Shown here: piece after piece, positions 45,560 to 57,250 of the stretch
How positions within the stretch are numbered: the first letter of the stretch is position 1
How the letters are laid out: each line of letters opens with the position of its first letter
Source of the DNA: Chiloscyllium plagiosum
Lineage: Eukaryota
Assembly (NCBI RefSeq): GCF_004010195.1
Contig: NC_057751.1
Span: forward strand, 2,453,286-2,517,285
DNA: 64,000 bases
Direction: 5' to 3'
Notes under the pieces: model-generated
What the model was told of the DNA's origin: nothing
The model's database searches: none
Seen by the model: the letters and a program-made list of their open reading frames with translations, nothing else
Translations under genes and position numbers: made by a program

Positions 45560-47010
45560 AATATCGTAGGATTCAGCCCATAACCATTTCAAAGTAATGT
45601 AACCTCCCAAGAAACATGATTCAACAAGGTATGCTGTACGTAAAAAAATTAAGTCAGATGACCAAAGCTTGGTCAAAGCGATCAGTTTTATGAAGTGCTT
45701 TAAAGGGGCAAAGTGAGATAGTGAGGTTGAGATGGAAATCGAGAGTTTTAAATCTCGGAAAATCTTGGGTCCTGCATATAGACATTTGGCCAGTGATGGT
45801 AGAGTGATTTTGCTCGGGACTGTGTGAAAGGCAAGAGTTAAATGAGCGTTAAGATCTCGGAGGAGTATGGAGCCAAAGGATGTTGTCACGATTTTTACCA
45901 ATGATTTATTTGAATGACTCGAGGAGAGATCTGTGTCAGTTATCAGACTGAAGCAAGACTCTGGAGCAGACAGAAAAGTTGATCATCTTTAAACTTTCTG
46001 CATGCCATTATCCACATTCTAATCTTCCTCATACACACCAAAAATAAAACAAATGCTCCTTCTGTGTCATAGATTAACGTGTTAAGGTCTGTTTCACCCA
46101 GCCAGGATGTGAATAATCAATCTCGCTCTCAATATTGCCATCTTTTCCTTTATCAGTGTATGTCCTAAACTGTTTCTTCCAAAGACCTCTTTGAAATAAA
46201 TTCATTAACACTACCTCCTGTTTACATAGATATCTACAGGGCTCCTACTGACATGTGTCTCTCAGTCACAGAAGGTTCATCACAAAATTGAAGCCTGCCT
46301 TCTACATGTAATACAGAAGTATTATGCAACTCTTTGAACTGAAAGTTTAAATTTCCCCAAACAAAGAAATTATAGAAATAGAGATTTTGAGGGCCATGGA
46401 GGGATTTGAAACAAGGATGAGAATCTTAAAATCATGATGTTGCTGAACTTCTAGCCAATATAGGTCAGCAAGCAGACGGAAAATTGTGGACTGGGATTTA
46501 TTGTGAGCTAAGAAACAAGCAGCAGAATTTTGGATGACCTTAGTATGGAATGTGGCTTACCATCCACCAATATATTCGAATAGTTATCTTGAAAGGTTTT
46601 GGAGGCAGCGATGAAGGTTTCAGCTGCAGATGAGTTGAGACAGGTGAAGTCATCTGACATAACAGAAATGGAAGTAGGTGGTCTTAGAGATGACTGTTGT
46701 ATGAGTCAGCAATTATCAATAAGACAGGAGAGAACATTGCTAAAAGTGATATCAGGTCACATGATGCTCCATGTGTAGAAGCACAACTTCTACAGTATGC
46801 AGGTATCTCTCCCTGTTTTGTACAGAATGTGCAGAGTTCACCAAACAGTCCTGGTTATCAATAACTGTCCCAGGTCCATCTCGAAGAACACTTACAAAAT
46901 GAACATGAGGTCAAAAGTTCATCACTGAATCATCTCAGCATGAAAATTGCAATTAGACTGGCCTCATCTCAGACTGTCACCAGGGAGAGGGATAAAGTTA
47001 GTAGTTTGGG
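45560..47010 (-). mobile_element. Fragmented L2 LINE (pieces ~45560-45870, ~46385-46710, ~46940-47010)
   Basis: gaccaaagcttggtcaaag..gtttta, gggccatggagggatttgaaacaaggatgagaatcttaaaatc, gatgaaggtttcagctgcagatgag, ctcagactgtcaccagggagaggg. Confidence 0.6.
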
Positions 47011-47295
47011 AATATTTACTTTTGCTCCCTGTTTGATAAATGTAAATTGTTTGGATTGAGTTGAGTCAAAACTCACCTCAACCATTTCCGAGACATTAAC
47101 CTTGACATTCGTTACGTGTCTCATATACATTTTTCGAAAAGCACAAGAATCAAAAGGATCTCATTATTGACACAAGTCTTTGCTTGCCAGTGATCCCAAG
47201 AGTATGTTCATCAATTCATTTTCATTGGGAGAGCTGGAGCATAGAGAGGAAAAGACATATGTGAATTACTTATGCATACTTCTGAGACTGGTTCA

Positions 47296-47488
47296 GGGGT
47301 TGGTTAGCTCAGTTGGCTGGACAGTGGTTTGCAAGGCTAAGTCTGAGATTGCTGTGAAGGACTCTCCTTCTTAACCCCTCTGCTTGCCTAAGGTGTGGTG
47401 ACCATCAGGGTAGAGCACCACCAGTCATATCCCCTTAATGAGAGAGCAGCCCAATGGGTAGTGAAGACTATGACCACTCTACCTTTAT
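47296..47488 (+). mobile_element. tRNA-derived SINE family 'B' (tentatively MetaSINE-type)
   Basis: ttagctcagttggctggacag (box A), ttgcctaaggtgtggtgaccatcaggg..caccaccagtca..taatgagagagcagccc..gactatgaccactctacctt. Confidence 0.65.
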
Positions 47489-47489
47489 C

Positions 47490-48225
47490 CTTTTACAGCT
47501 TTGAAAAGGGCTGTTTGCCCTGTTGTTTCCATGCTGGCCCTCAGCTCCATATTTTCCGTCAGACCTGCAAATATTTTCTCTTCATATCATTCCCCAATTC
47601 TCTTTTGAAAGCCATAGTTCAATCTATCTCCACCACTCTGAGTCACTGCGCTCTAGACTCTAATCATTCACTCTGTAAAAATGTTATGTATTATGGCGAT
47701 GTAGGTTCTTTTGTCATTCACCTTAAATTCGTGCCGTCAAGTTCTTGAGATTTCCGCCAGCAAAAAATGTTGCTCTCAAATCTGCCTGAAGCCTTCAAAA
47801 TTTTGAACATCTGCATCAAAAGTCCTCTCAGTCTTCTCTTTACGAAGAACAGCAGTGACTTCTGCTCTCTGCCTACATAACTGAAGTCGCTCATTCCTGG
47901 AAGCTTTGTGATGAACCTCTTCTGCATTCTCTGCAAGGACTTCACATTCTTCTGAAAATGTGTTCCCCACAACTAGACACAGTACTTCATTTGAGACCAA
48001 AACAGGGTATTATACAGGTTCACCATAACTTCCTTCCTCTTATCCTGTTCTGTTCTCCTATTCGTAAAACTCTGGATATTTTATGCACAGCTCTGCCATT
48101 TTAAATGATTTGTGCTCATATTCCTTCAAGTCATAGTGTTGCTGCACTGACTTCAGACTTTGATATTGCCTTAGCTTGTGCTTCCAACACTTCAAACTTA
48201 CTTGCATTACATTTATTCTAAAATC
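47490..48225 (-). mobile_element. CR1 LINE 3' part, old
   Basis: WGTHFQKNVKSLQRMQKRFITKLPGMSDFSY...RRLRGLLMQMFKILK. Confidence 0.78.
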
Positions 48226-49089
48226 ATTTAATGTCCCATTATTGAAATAGCAGAAGGATTAACTTGCAAACATATTGGGAGAAAGCTGGGATCCATTCCA
48301 TTGTGTGGTTCTTTAATAATTCAATTTTTAGTGTTTGTGTCCATACTTATTCTAAAAGTATCCCATGGATGAATTATTGTGAATTTGAGGAAGTCCATGA
48401 TGAACAGAGAAGGGTTTACTATGTCATAATTATATCCCATTTCAGTCATTTCCACTGCGATGAAAGACCTGTTTTCCCTGTGAATCACTGAACCTCAGCA
48501 TGAGATTGAAACGTAAATCACAAACTCACAGCTTGTGGGAAACGGTGTTCGTTGTGATGTTCTCTGTCATGATTAGTTAACGGACTGAGGGCTTGATCTC
48601 CAACCAGTTCAGGACAGAGAACAATTCAGGAAACACAAAATAAGTTGTTATAATTGGATGAAAAATTCGACCACATTTTCTTGTGAATGTTAAAGACAAA
48701 TACACTGATATGTTTCCAGATAATATCCCTCCTTGTTATGAGTCTGTTTGTTCAAGCTTACTGGGCAATGCTGGTCCCCAGCAGATTATTCCAATGCAAA
48801 TCCAAGCATTAATTAGTCTTGCACTGCCTCTAATTTGTTTCCCTTCGCAAAAAAGGAAATGGCCTATTAAATACAATTTTATTCGTCTTCTTACATCAAC
48901 TAATTAGTGCAGTGTTTCCCTGATGGGAGAAGCTCAGAGCAACAAGCAGCTTTCACAAATAATTGTGAATACATTTAATATGTATAAATTAAACCAGGTG
49001 TTGCATTCATTGCAACCATCTTACCAACTCCAGATGTTTCTCTGACCTCCCTGTTAGTTTGTTGCTGCATAAATCAGTTGTTTTGGAAA

Positions 49090-49790
49090 ACAGAGCCTGA
49101 GTGAGACCACACCTGGAGTGTTGTGTGCTGTTCTGGATGCGTTATCTGAGGAAGGATTTTCTAGCTAAGAAGGGAGTGGAATGGAGGATAACCAGACAGA
49201 TTCCTGGGATCAAAAGAGAAAGAACTGCAGGTTATGTAAATCACAAACAAAGACAGAAATTACTGGAAAAGCTCAGCAGATTCCGGCAGCACTGTGGAGA
49301 GAAATCAGTGTTAACATTTCAGATCCAGTTACCCTTCCTCAAAACTGATCCCTGGGATGGCAGGTCTGCCAAATGAAGAGAGATGTATTTAGAAGTGTGA
49401 GGAGGTTCTCACAGAAACCTGTAAAATTCCATCAGGACTAGACAAGGTAAATACAGGAAGGATGCTTGTGATGACTGGGGAGTCCAGAATGAGAATTCAC
49501 AGTTTAAGGATGCGTGGTAAGACATTTAAGTCTGGAATGATGAGTAACGTCACTCAGAAACTGAAGCGCCTGTGGAATTTTCTGCTGCAGAAAGTGACTG
49601 AAGCCAAAACATTGGATGTTTTCAACAAATTAGAGCTGAAGAGTTCTTAGGGCTAAAGGGGTTAAAGGATATGGGGAGAAAGTAGGTATAAGATACCAAG
49701 TTGGATGATCAGCTATGATCAGACTGAATGACAGAGCAGGCTCAAAGGGCAGAAAGCCCAACTCCTGCTCCCATTTTCTATGTTTTTGTG
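49090..49790 (+). mobile_element. CR1 LINE 3' part
   Basis: VRPHLECCVLFW..YLRKD, GESRMRIHSLRMRG, 3'UTR gatcagctatgatcagactgaatgacagagcaggctcaaaggg. Confidence 0.82.
49211..49346 (-). mobile_element. Single-arm Penelope-terminus insertion (older family) with 12-bp TSD
   Basis: gattcctgggat (49199-49210) / gatccctgggat (49347-49358). Minus strand ttgaggaagggtaactggatctgaaatgttaac is a decayed hammerhead-like core. Confidence 0.7.
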
Positions 49791-50343
49791 TGTTAGACAG
49801 TTATTTGCTAGTATATACCAAAGCTGGGTTTATCTAGCTGCTTTTCTGTTTCTTCAAAATCATAGAATCATAAGACAGAAGGAAACCATTTGATCCCATT
49901 AAGATCATGTCGTCATCTACAAAAAACAGTCCAGTTCAACCTATTCCTTTGCTTGTGCCCATGTGCCAAGAATTTTCCTTCTCCATCAAATATTTTTCCA
50001 ATTCCTTTATTAAAAGCTGTTGTTCCCACCACCTTTTGAGGCACTCCCTTTCCAAACCCTAACCATTTGCTGGTGTGAAATTAATTTTGTTCCTTCTCTT
50101 GTTTTACCCACCCTGTGGATTCCGGTGTCTCAACTGCCCTGATGGGCATTTTTTAAAATTGTCAATTGGGTGATGAGGAAACTTGGTGGATTTATTTAAA
50201 CAAAAATGTAGAGTTATTTTTGAGAGGTGGGAAGCAAAAGGACTGGGTGCATTATTTCCTTCACCAACTCCATTTTGAACTAATCCTCTTAGCTTTTTAA
50301 AATGTTATTATTGTTATACTGACCATGATGGGCAGCAGTTGTC

Positions 50344-52750
50344 ATTTGATTTGATTTGATTTATTGTCGTCACGTATACCTAAATACAGTGAAAAGCTTT
50401 ATTTGCAAGCAGTACAGGCAGATCATAGCAAACAAGGTTATACTGATCGGAGGTGCATAGGCAGAGTGAGGCATACAGGTTACAGCTGCACAGGAGGTAT
50501 GTAAAACACGATCAATATTATTTGAAGTTACAGAATCCATTCAGCAGTCTAATAATGGCAGAGAAGATGTTCCTGAATCTTTCGGTGTGTATGTTGAAGC
50601 TTTCATATTTTCTACCTGACGGTACAGGGTGAAAGAGAGCATTACCAGGATGGGAGGAGTCTTTGGTGATGTTGGCAGCTGGAATGATCTGGGCTGTGCT
50701 CTCAACCTTCTGTAGTTTCTTATAGTCCTGGGCAGAGCAATTGCCATACCAGGCCGCTTTGCACTGGGATAGAATGCTTTGTATCACATATCTGTAAGAC
50801 TTGGTGAGGGTCCTTATGCACATGCCGAATTTCCTTAGCTTCCCATGGAAGGAGAGGTGTTGTGTCTTCCTGACCGTCATATATACTTGGGAAGACCAGG
50901 GCAGATTGTTAGTGATGATCACTCCACAGAACTTGATGCTCTCGACCCTCTCCACCTCAGCTCCATTGACATAGGTGTGGGGGAGGGTGTGTCTTCCTCT
51001 TCCTGAAGTAAATTATCAGTTCCTCTGTTTTGCTGACATTGTGAGAGAGTTTGTTTTCATTGCACCACGTCATCAAGCCCTCCACCACCTTCCTGTCTTC
51101 ATTGTTTGATATCTATCCGACCGTGTCGTCATCAGCAAACTTGTGGAATTTAGAATTTGAAGTTGTGGGTGTACAAGGAGTACAATGGGAGGCTGAGAAT
51201 GCATCCTCAGGGGGCTCCAGTGTAGAGGATTATGGTGGAGGAGGTGTTTTTTTCTGTCTTCATTGATTGTGCTCTGTGGGTCAGGAAGCTGAGGATCCAG
51301 TTGCAGGGGGCCGAGCTGAGACCAAGGTCTTGGAGTTTTGAGAGGGGGTAATGGTGTTGAAGGTAGGTTTATAGTCGATGAGCTGGAGTCTGATGTAAGT
51401 TTGCTTGTTGTCCAGATGTTCCAGGGATGACTGTAGAGCTCGGGAAATGGCGAAGTGGACCTGTTTTATCGGTGGGCAAACTGCAAGGTATCAAGATAGA
51501 CTGGGAAGCTGGAGTTGATGTTGGCAATGACCAGCCTCTTGAAACACTTCATCATTAAGGAGGTCAGTAGTTATGAAGGCACGTTGTCTTTGGTACTGCG
51601 TTGATGTCTTGAAGCAGGTGGGTCCTTGGCTTGTGGGATATCAAATTGTGGGAGATCAAAATAATAACAAAAGACAGTTCTTCTCTCCTGACCTTTTGGG
51701 TGTTTAGTGTTGGTGTGGGTAGTATTAAGTGCAGTTTGGATGACCTCTTTGTGGGTCTGCTTATAGGCCTGGCTAAAATAACTGTCCATGTATTCAGGCA
51801 GTACAGCCAGGGCTTGAAGTAATAATTCCTGCCTGGCTGCTTGCCTTCTGAGATTATATCCATCCCAGACTGTGACAATGCTGGCCCTTTAACAAGGTTA
51901 TTTTGTCCTTGTTTTTTTTCAAAAGGGGTCACAATGGCAGAGGTTCCGAGATGTTTGGAAATGGCCGTTTGAAAACAATGGCAGGGGAGTGGCTAGTTCT
52001 CCCAGTTCAGGTTTCCTTTCCAGTTTGGTCTGTTTTAGCGAGCATCAGAAACTGCAGGATAGTAGAGAAGCAGCGACAGTGAAAAGAGGTTCCATGCTTC
52101 AATAGGGGTCTTGCCTGAACTTTCACTCTGAAATCTCTTCTGCGTATAAGAACCTGTGTCTGCATTTACCATTTGTCAACGTATGTCTATGGGATGTTGT
52201 GAGAACTGGAACATCTTCATTAAGTTGTGATTTTGAGTTGGTTGGGCTTTCAAATAGTTAAGCTGTTCTAAATTCTGTTTTCTTTTTTTTCTGTGTTTCA
52301 ACCATAGTGTGTAAATAAATTCAGTTCTGGTTTCACCAGCTGCATCACTTCTGGAATATCTACTCTACATCTGTCTTTTAAAAAAAATAAAAATTAGGGT
52401 CTGGGCTGCCTTCTTAAAATATTTAGAGGGGGTCTGGCCTGGTCCTAACATGGGTGTCCTCGCAGAGGGAGCATGTGATATCCCCTAACACCCTTGAAGT
52501 ATTTGCAGACTGGTGACGCCGTGGTGGCTAGAGTGCATAATCTCCTCTCCAGCACTATTTTGAGTTGGCTCCTCTCCTCCCACCCCACCGCACTTGCTTT
52601 CTCACCCATCTTCAATGTTTTGTGATTATCACTCTGTCCCTGGTAGGCAGTGTTTAGAATGTTGGGTTTGATGGTGGTTTTATTTACATTGTATAAAAAC
52701 TGGGTTCTTGCCAGTGATGGAGAGGTTGACTTCTAGGCAATGAAAGGTAA
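50344..52750 (-). mobile_element. Rex1/Babar-type LINE (RT to 3' end), interrupted by a solo LTR
   Basis: VERVESIKFCGVIITNNLPWS...LRKFGM..RTLTKSYR..IQSILS...AWYGNC, KFADDT (~51124-51141), LTSLMMKCFKRL (~51535-51568), and an (ATCAA)n 3' tail at 50344-50362. Confidence 0.85.
51871..52450 (+). mobile_element. Solo LTR (580 bp, TG...CA), same family as 36438
   Basis: tgtgacaatgctggccctttaacaag...ggcagaggttccga...taagaacctgtgt...aaataaat...ctggcctggtcctaaca. TSD not recognisable. Confidence 0.75.
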
Positions 52751-52789
52751 GAAGGGATAGGTTAAAATTACCCAGAATGGCCATTGATT

Positions 52790-53060
52790 TGAGGGGAGAC
52801 AGTTTTAGTAATGTCTCAAGGATAGTAATCCAAAGGCCCCGGTTCATGTTCTCGTGAGATGTGTTCAACATTCCATGATGACGGTTTAAATTCTCTTCAT
52901 GAATAATAAATAATTTAATCAAAAAGAAAATCTGAAAGTTAGTGTCATTAATGCTGACGATGTAATGATCATTGATTGCTGAAAGATCCATCCAATTCAT
53001 GAATTTACTTTTGTTAGGGAAGGATGTTTTCACCTAATCTGGCCTACATATAATTCCTGT
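52790..53060 (+). mobile_element. tRNA-headed SINE family 'A', degraded
   Basis: tagtaatcca..ggccc...gtgttcaacattcc...aaatctgaaagttagtgtc..aatg...tagggaagga...tctggcctacat. Confidence 0.65.
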
Positions 53061-53939
53061 TTGTGATGCACAGCAATTCTGGCCTTATTGTTGCTGCCCA
53101 TGTCTGAAAAATTATTTTTTAGAGCTTGCACTTTGTTGTTGAGTGTGGCAGCCTATAACACTAGCACATAGGCAAACAAACTCTGGTTAGACTGTTCCTG
53201 AAGGGTTCATTTCGTGAATTCCTGCTGCCACTCGCCTCACCCCATGACATACTCTCCCCAGAGCCACCCAACATATGCTCCTCCCATGAGAAGCCAGTCA
53301 CATGGCAAATCAGGCTTCCATTATTCAACTAGATGATCTTTGGCTGCCAGTCACATAGTCTTTGTTCATGAAATAGACAGCTGGTGAACAGGATTGGGAA
53401 ATCATGGTGAAATACACCATCAAGGGGCGCAAAGAACTCATCCTTTGTAGGGGGATGTCTCAAACGATTCACAGCCATAGGACGAGGGTTAATTCAAGAT
53501 GTGAGCACTAACTGTAGAGGGATTTCTGTGGGTGTTGGCTGGTTTCCACTTTAAGCCGCATTCTCTCTGGACATGCAGGGTTAAAATGAGAGCAAAAAAA
53601 ATTTGACAGCTGAAGTACACTGCTGTTTCAGCTTGGAAAAGGATTTCATTTGAACAATATGCTCATTTCATGAATAATTAAGCAGCCTGGAGATGAAGAA
53701 ATTGAAAAAATATTTTAATTGGCCAAATATTAGCTCTGTGGAGGTGTTGAACAGATTGTTCGCAAATTGCTTGAATAATCTCAAGCTCTTCTGTGTTACG
53801 TGCCTCAAGCTAAGGTCTGGCTGTGCTCATGTTTCTGGGTTACTCTTGTCTGAGATTTCCACGGAGATTCTTGAAAGATATTTCAGTGTTCCCAAGAGCC
53901 AGGTACAAAGCTAACCATTTCATGATGACACAACACAAT

Positions 53940-54288
53940 GGAGAAGATGGCATGCGGTAACATCACTGACCTATTCTGTTGACATGGGCTTAATTCCAGT
54001 ACTGCAGCCGATGAAATTTGAATTAATTAAATTCAATTGATAGCAAAAGTCTGGAATTGAAAAATCATCTCAGTAAAAGTGACATTGAAGTGTTATCGAC
54101 AATTATAAATACCCATTTGGTTCACTCATGAGCTTCGGGAAGAAAATCTGCCATCTTCACATGTGACTACAAACCTAAAACAATGAGCTGGATGAAGTAG
54201 CCTAGCAAGTCACTCAGTCATGGACATTTGTGGATGGACAACAAATACTGACCTTGACACCCACCTCCCACCAAAGGATTTTTAATAA
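53940..54288 (+). mobile_element. tRNA-headed SINE family 'A'
   Basis: gaaatttgaatt...tctggaattgaaaa..tctcagtaa..gtgac...acccatttggttcact..agaaaatctgccatc...cctagcaagtcactcag...ggatggacaacaaatactgacc. Confidence 0.78.
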
Positions 54289-54353
54289 GTTGTTTGATTC
54301 TTTGAAGCTTTGAAACAATGAGTTTTCATTCAGGGTTTTTGGGTTCAATCATA

Positions 54354-54877
54354 TGTAGTGGAATGATGGCCAAGTGGATCATGTTGACTATGAGATCCTT
54401 GACTGGGGTTGTTGACCTGGGCCAATCAGGAAGGCCTTGGCTGACCAATATTTACAGAGGATTTAGCATTTCCTCAGTTCGGAAACTGACTCTGAGCTGG
54501 CTGGCCACAACCACTGTGCACGGTGGCTCAGTGGTTAGCACTGCTACCTCACAGCACCAGGTTACCAGGTTCAATCCTAGCCTCGGGCAACTGGCTGTGT
54601 CGAGTTTGCACATTCTCCCCGTGTCTGCGTGAGCACCCTCCGGGTGCTCCGGTTTCCTCCCACAATCCAAAGATGTGCAGGTCAGGTGAATTGGCCAGGC
54701 TAAATTGCCCACAGTGTTAGGTGCATTAGTCAGAGGGAAAATGGAGGGAAAACCGACTCTTTGGAGGGTCGGTGTGGACTGGTTGGGCCAAAGGGCCTGT
54801 TTCCACACTGTAGGGAATCTAAATCTAAATAAAGGGTGACTTGGTGACAGGATACTGACCTCTGAGCGATTATTTAA
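54354..54877 (+). mobile_element. Short solo LTR (~210 bp net) with 5-bp TSD TCATA, interrupted by HE1
   Basis: Starts TGTAGT and ends TTATTTAA (probably from ..TTTCA). TCATA at 54349-54353 and 54878-54882; CCAAT at 54422; AATAAA at 54828. Confidence 0.6.
54518..54827 (+). mobile_element. HE1 SINE (V-SINE)
   Basis: gcacggtggctcagtggttagcactgctacctcacag, ggttcaatcc, gagtttgcacattctccccgtgtctgcgtg, gggccaaagggcctgtttccacactgtagggaatctaaatct. Confidence 0.93.
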
Positions 54878-55302
54878 TCATATATCTCAGCAAAGGATGA
54901 ACAAGCTGTACCTCCTTCCTCTTGAAATGTGAAAGTGGATGGTGGTCTCACAGTGGCCTTGAAAACTGATATTTAGAGATGGGAGGAGACTTGCATTGGG
55001 AATAAATGCCACACAGGCTGATGGGGCTGAATATCATGTGTGATTTTATGTAAAAAGGCTAGCAGAGACTTTAACATTTCAGATGTGCAATATATGGTAA
55101 AATAATAAGCTGGGAGTGGAGGGGCAAAAGACAGCAGATCATAACTTTGCTACGGAGGGCTGGTTATGCTGTTGGACACTCAACAGTGTCAGGGTGTTGC
55201 ACTATTCGCTGGTCATTATTGATGGAGCATTGCACTGATGCAGGTTCAATTTTGAGTGACCACTGCAATGTAGGAATGGGTGTACTGCACTGGTGCTCTA
55301 AG

Positions 55303-55974
55303 CTGAAAATGTGTTGCTGGAAAAGCGCAGCAGGTCAGGCAGCATCNNNNNNNNNNNNNNNNNNNNNNNNNNNNNNNNNNNNNNNNNNNNNNNNNNNNNN
55401 NNNNNNNNNNNNNNNNNNNNNNNNNNNNNNNNNNNNNNNNNNNNNNNNNNNNNNNNNNNNNNNNNNNNNNNNNNNNNNNNNNNNNNNNNNNNNNNNNNNN
55501 NNNNNNNNNNNNNNNNNNNNNNNNNNNNNNNNNNNNNNNNNNNNNNNNNNNNNNNNNNNNNNNNNNNNNNNNNNNNNNNNNNNNNNNNNNNNNNNNNNNN
55601 NNNNNNNNNNNNNNNNNNNNAGGTGTTCTCTGAAACTTTCTGCAAGTAGGCGGCCTGTCTCCCCAATATAGAGGAGGCCACATCGGGTGCAGCGGACGCA
55701 ATAGATGATGTGTGTGGAGGTGCAGGTGAATTTGTGACGGATATGGAAGTATCCCTTGGGGCCTTGGAGAGAAGTAAGGGGAGAGGTGTAGCCGCAAGAT
55801 TTGCATTTCTTGCGGTTGCAGGGGAAGGTGCCGGGAGTGGAGGTTGGGTTGGTGGGGGGTGTGGACCTGATGATGGAGTCACGGAGGGAGTGGTCTTTTC
55901 GGAACGCTGATAGGGGAGGGGAGGGAAATATATCCCTGGTGGTGGGGTCCGTTTGGAGGTGGCGGAGGTGGAGG
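55303..55974 (-). mobile_element. Neptune-type Penelope-like element, 5'-truncated, 12-bp TSD
   Basis: PPLSAFRKDHSLRDSIIRS...GTFPCNRKKCKSC...FTCTSTHIIYCVRCTRCGLLYIGETGRLLAESFREH (Cys-rich linker + GIY-YIG). The 3' end gatgctgcctgacctgctgcgcttttccagcaacacattttcag matches the palindrome arms. TGGTGCTCTAAG at 55291-55302 and 55975-55986. Confidence 0.92.
55347..55620. other. Assembly gap (274 N)
   Basis: Run of N inside the Penelope element. Confidence 1.
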
Positions 55975-56957
55975 TGGTGCTCTAAGATTGGAGGTGCTGT
56001 CTTTCCAATGAAATGTGAAACTGAATTGTCTGCTCTCTGAGATAAGTTTAAAAGATTGCAATGCATCATTTGAAAATGAGCAGAGACTTCTTCTGGTATC
56101 CTGGACCAATAGTTATTCCTCAAACACCTTTGTAGAAAATAAATTATCTGCTAATTAGCTGTGCAGTCTTGTTCTGTGCAACTTAGTGCTGTGTTAACCA
56201 ACATTTTCGAAGATCTTCCATGTCTGCAGAGAACTTTTGGATGCCCTCAGGTTACGAAGGGTGATATATAAATGCATGTTTTTATCTTCCTTTAAAGCTA
56301 TGTTCTGAGAATGTAATGCAGTTGTGCATTCTGTGTTATCATAGTCTCTCGTTAATTACCTTGCAGGAAAGCCACAGGTTTAATGAGCAGAATTCTACAT
56401 TCCCCGTTGATTGCATTCTGTGCATTTTATCTAGAATTTACAAAATGATTTATCTCTAATCTCAAGAGTTTATATAGTGCAAAAACATTATACTAATTAA
56501 AAGATAATCAATTCAGCCCTCTTATCTGACTGCGTTTTCTTTCCCCATCTCCCAGCCATAACCCTGTGATGTACTTATTCATGAGGCTTATTAGACAAAT
56601 CAAGTGTTTAAAATGTACGAAAGATTCAAGGGAATCCTTGGAGATGCAGCTCTAGTTCTGCTCTTGTGATACATGAACTAACCACAGTCATGTGGACATT
56701 TGATTGAAGTGATACTGTCTGTTCTGACATGGTAAATCCTCAGCTTAGTTTTTGTAGTTTCTCTGTACACTCAGTAAATGGCAAGACTGCAGAGCAAGGG
56801 AGCAGATCCCAGACAGGTTTATTATGCAGGGATGATAAGATTTTCTTTTCATGGGTGGGTTTAGACAAATTTACATTAACGAAGAACCTTATCAGAAGCA
56901 GAACCCTATGATCCAAGCAGCATGATTTATTTTTGGAATGTTGTTATTCCTACAATC

Positions 56958-57250
56958 GAGGTCTTGTGGCTCAGTGGATTCCAGCTGTGTCCTGGAGTCT
57001 GAAGTTCTGGATTTGTATCCCATCCCAGGACTTGTTGATCAAGGAAGATGCATATCTAAAGTTGGTGTGCAAATCATTCTATCTGTAGGCAATAGCATGC
57101 AATAAGAGTAGGAAGGATTCCTGGTGAGCATGTTATAGAAAGAAATTATAGCTTGATCGTCACTGCCCAAGACTCCAAAGTACAATATTCAAGTAAGAAG
57201 TGCACAATGCCACAGCAGCTTGGGTTCCCTGAGTGAACTTTAACATATGA
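56958..57250 (+). mobile_element. tRNA-headed SINE family 'C'
   Basis: ggtcttgtggctcagtgg (box A)...ggatttgtatcccatcccaggacttg (box B-like). The body is not like HE1 or Deu. Confidence 0.5.

Larger units (their letters stand above)
55145..56288 (+). mobile_element. Deu-domain SINE with a tandemly reiterated upstream unit, interrupted by a Penelope element
   Basis: Repeated gag..tgcactg units at 55150-55290. After the insertion: attggaggtgctgtctttc...ttgaaaatgagcag..ggtatcctggaccaat...atataaatgcatg. Confidence 0.65.
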
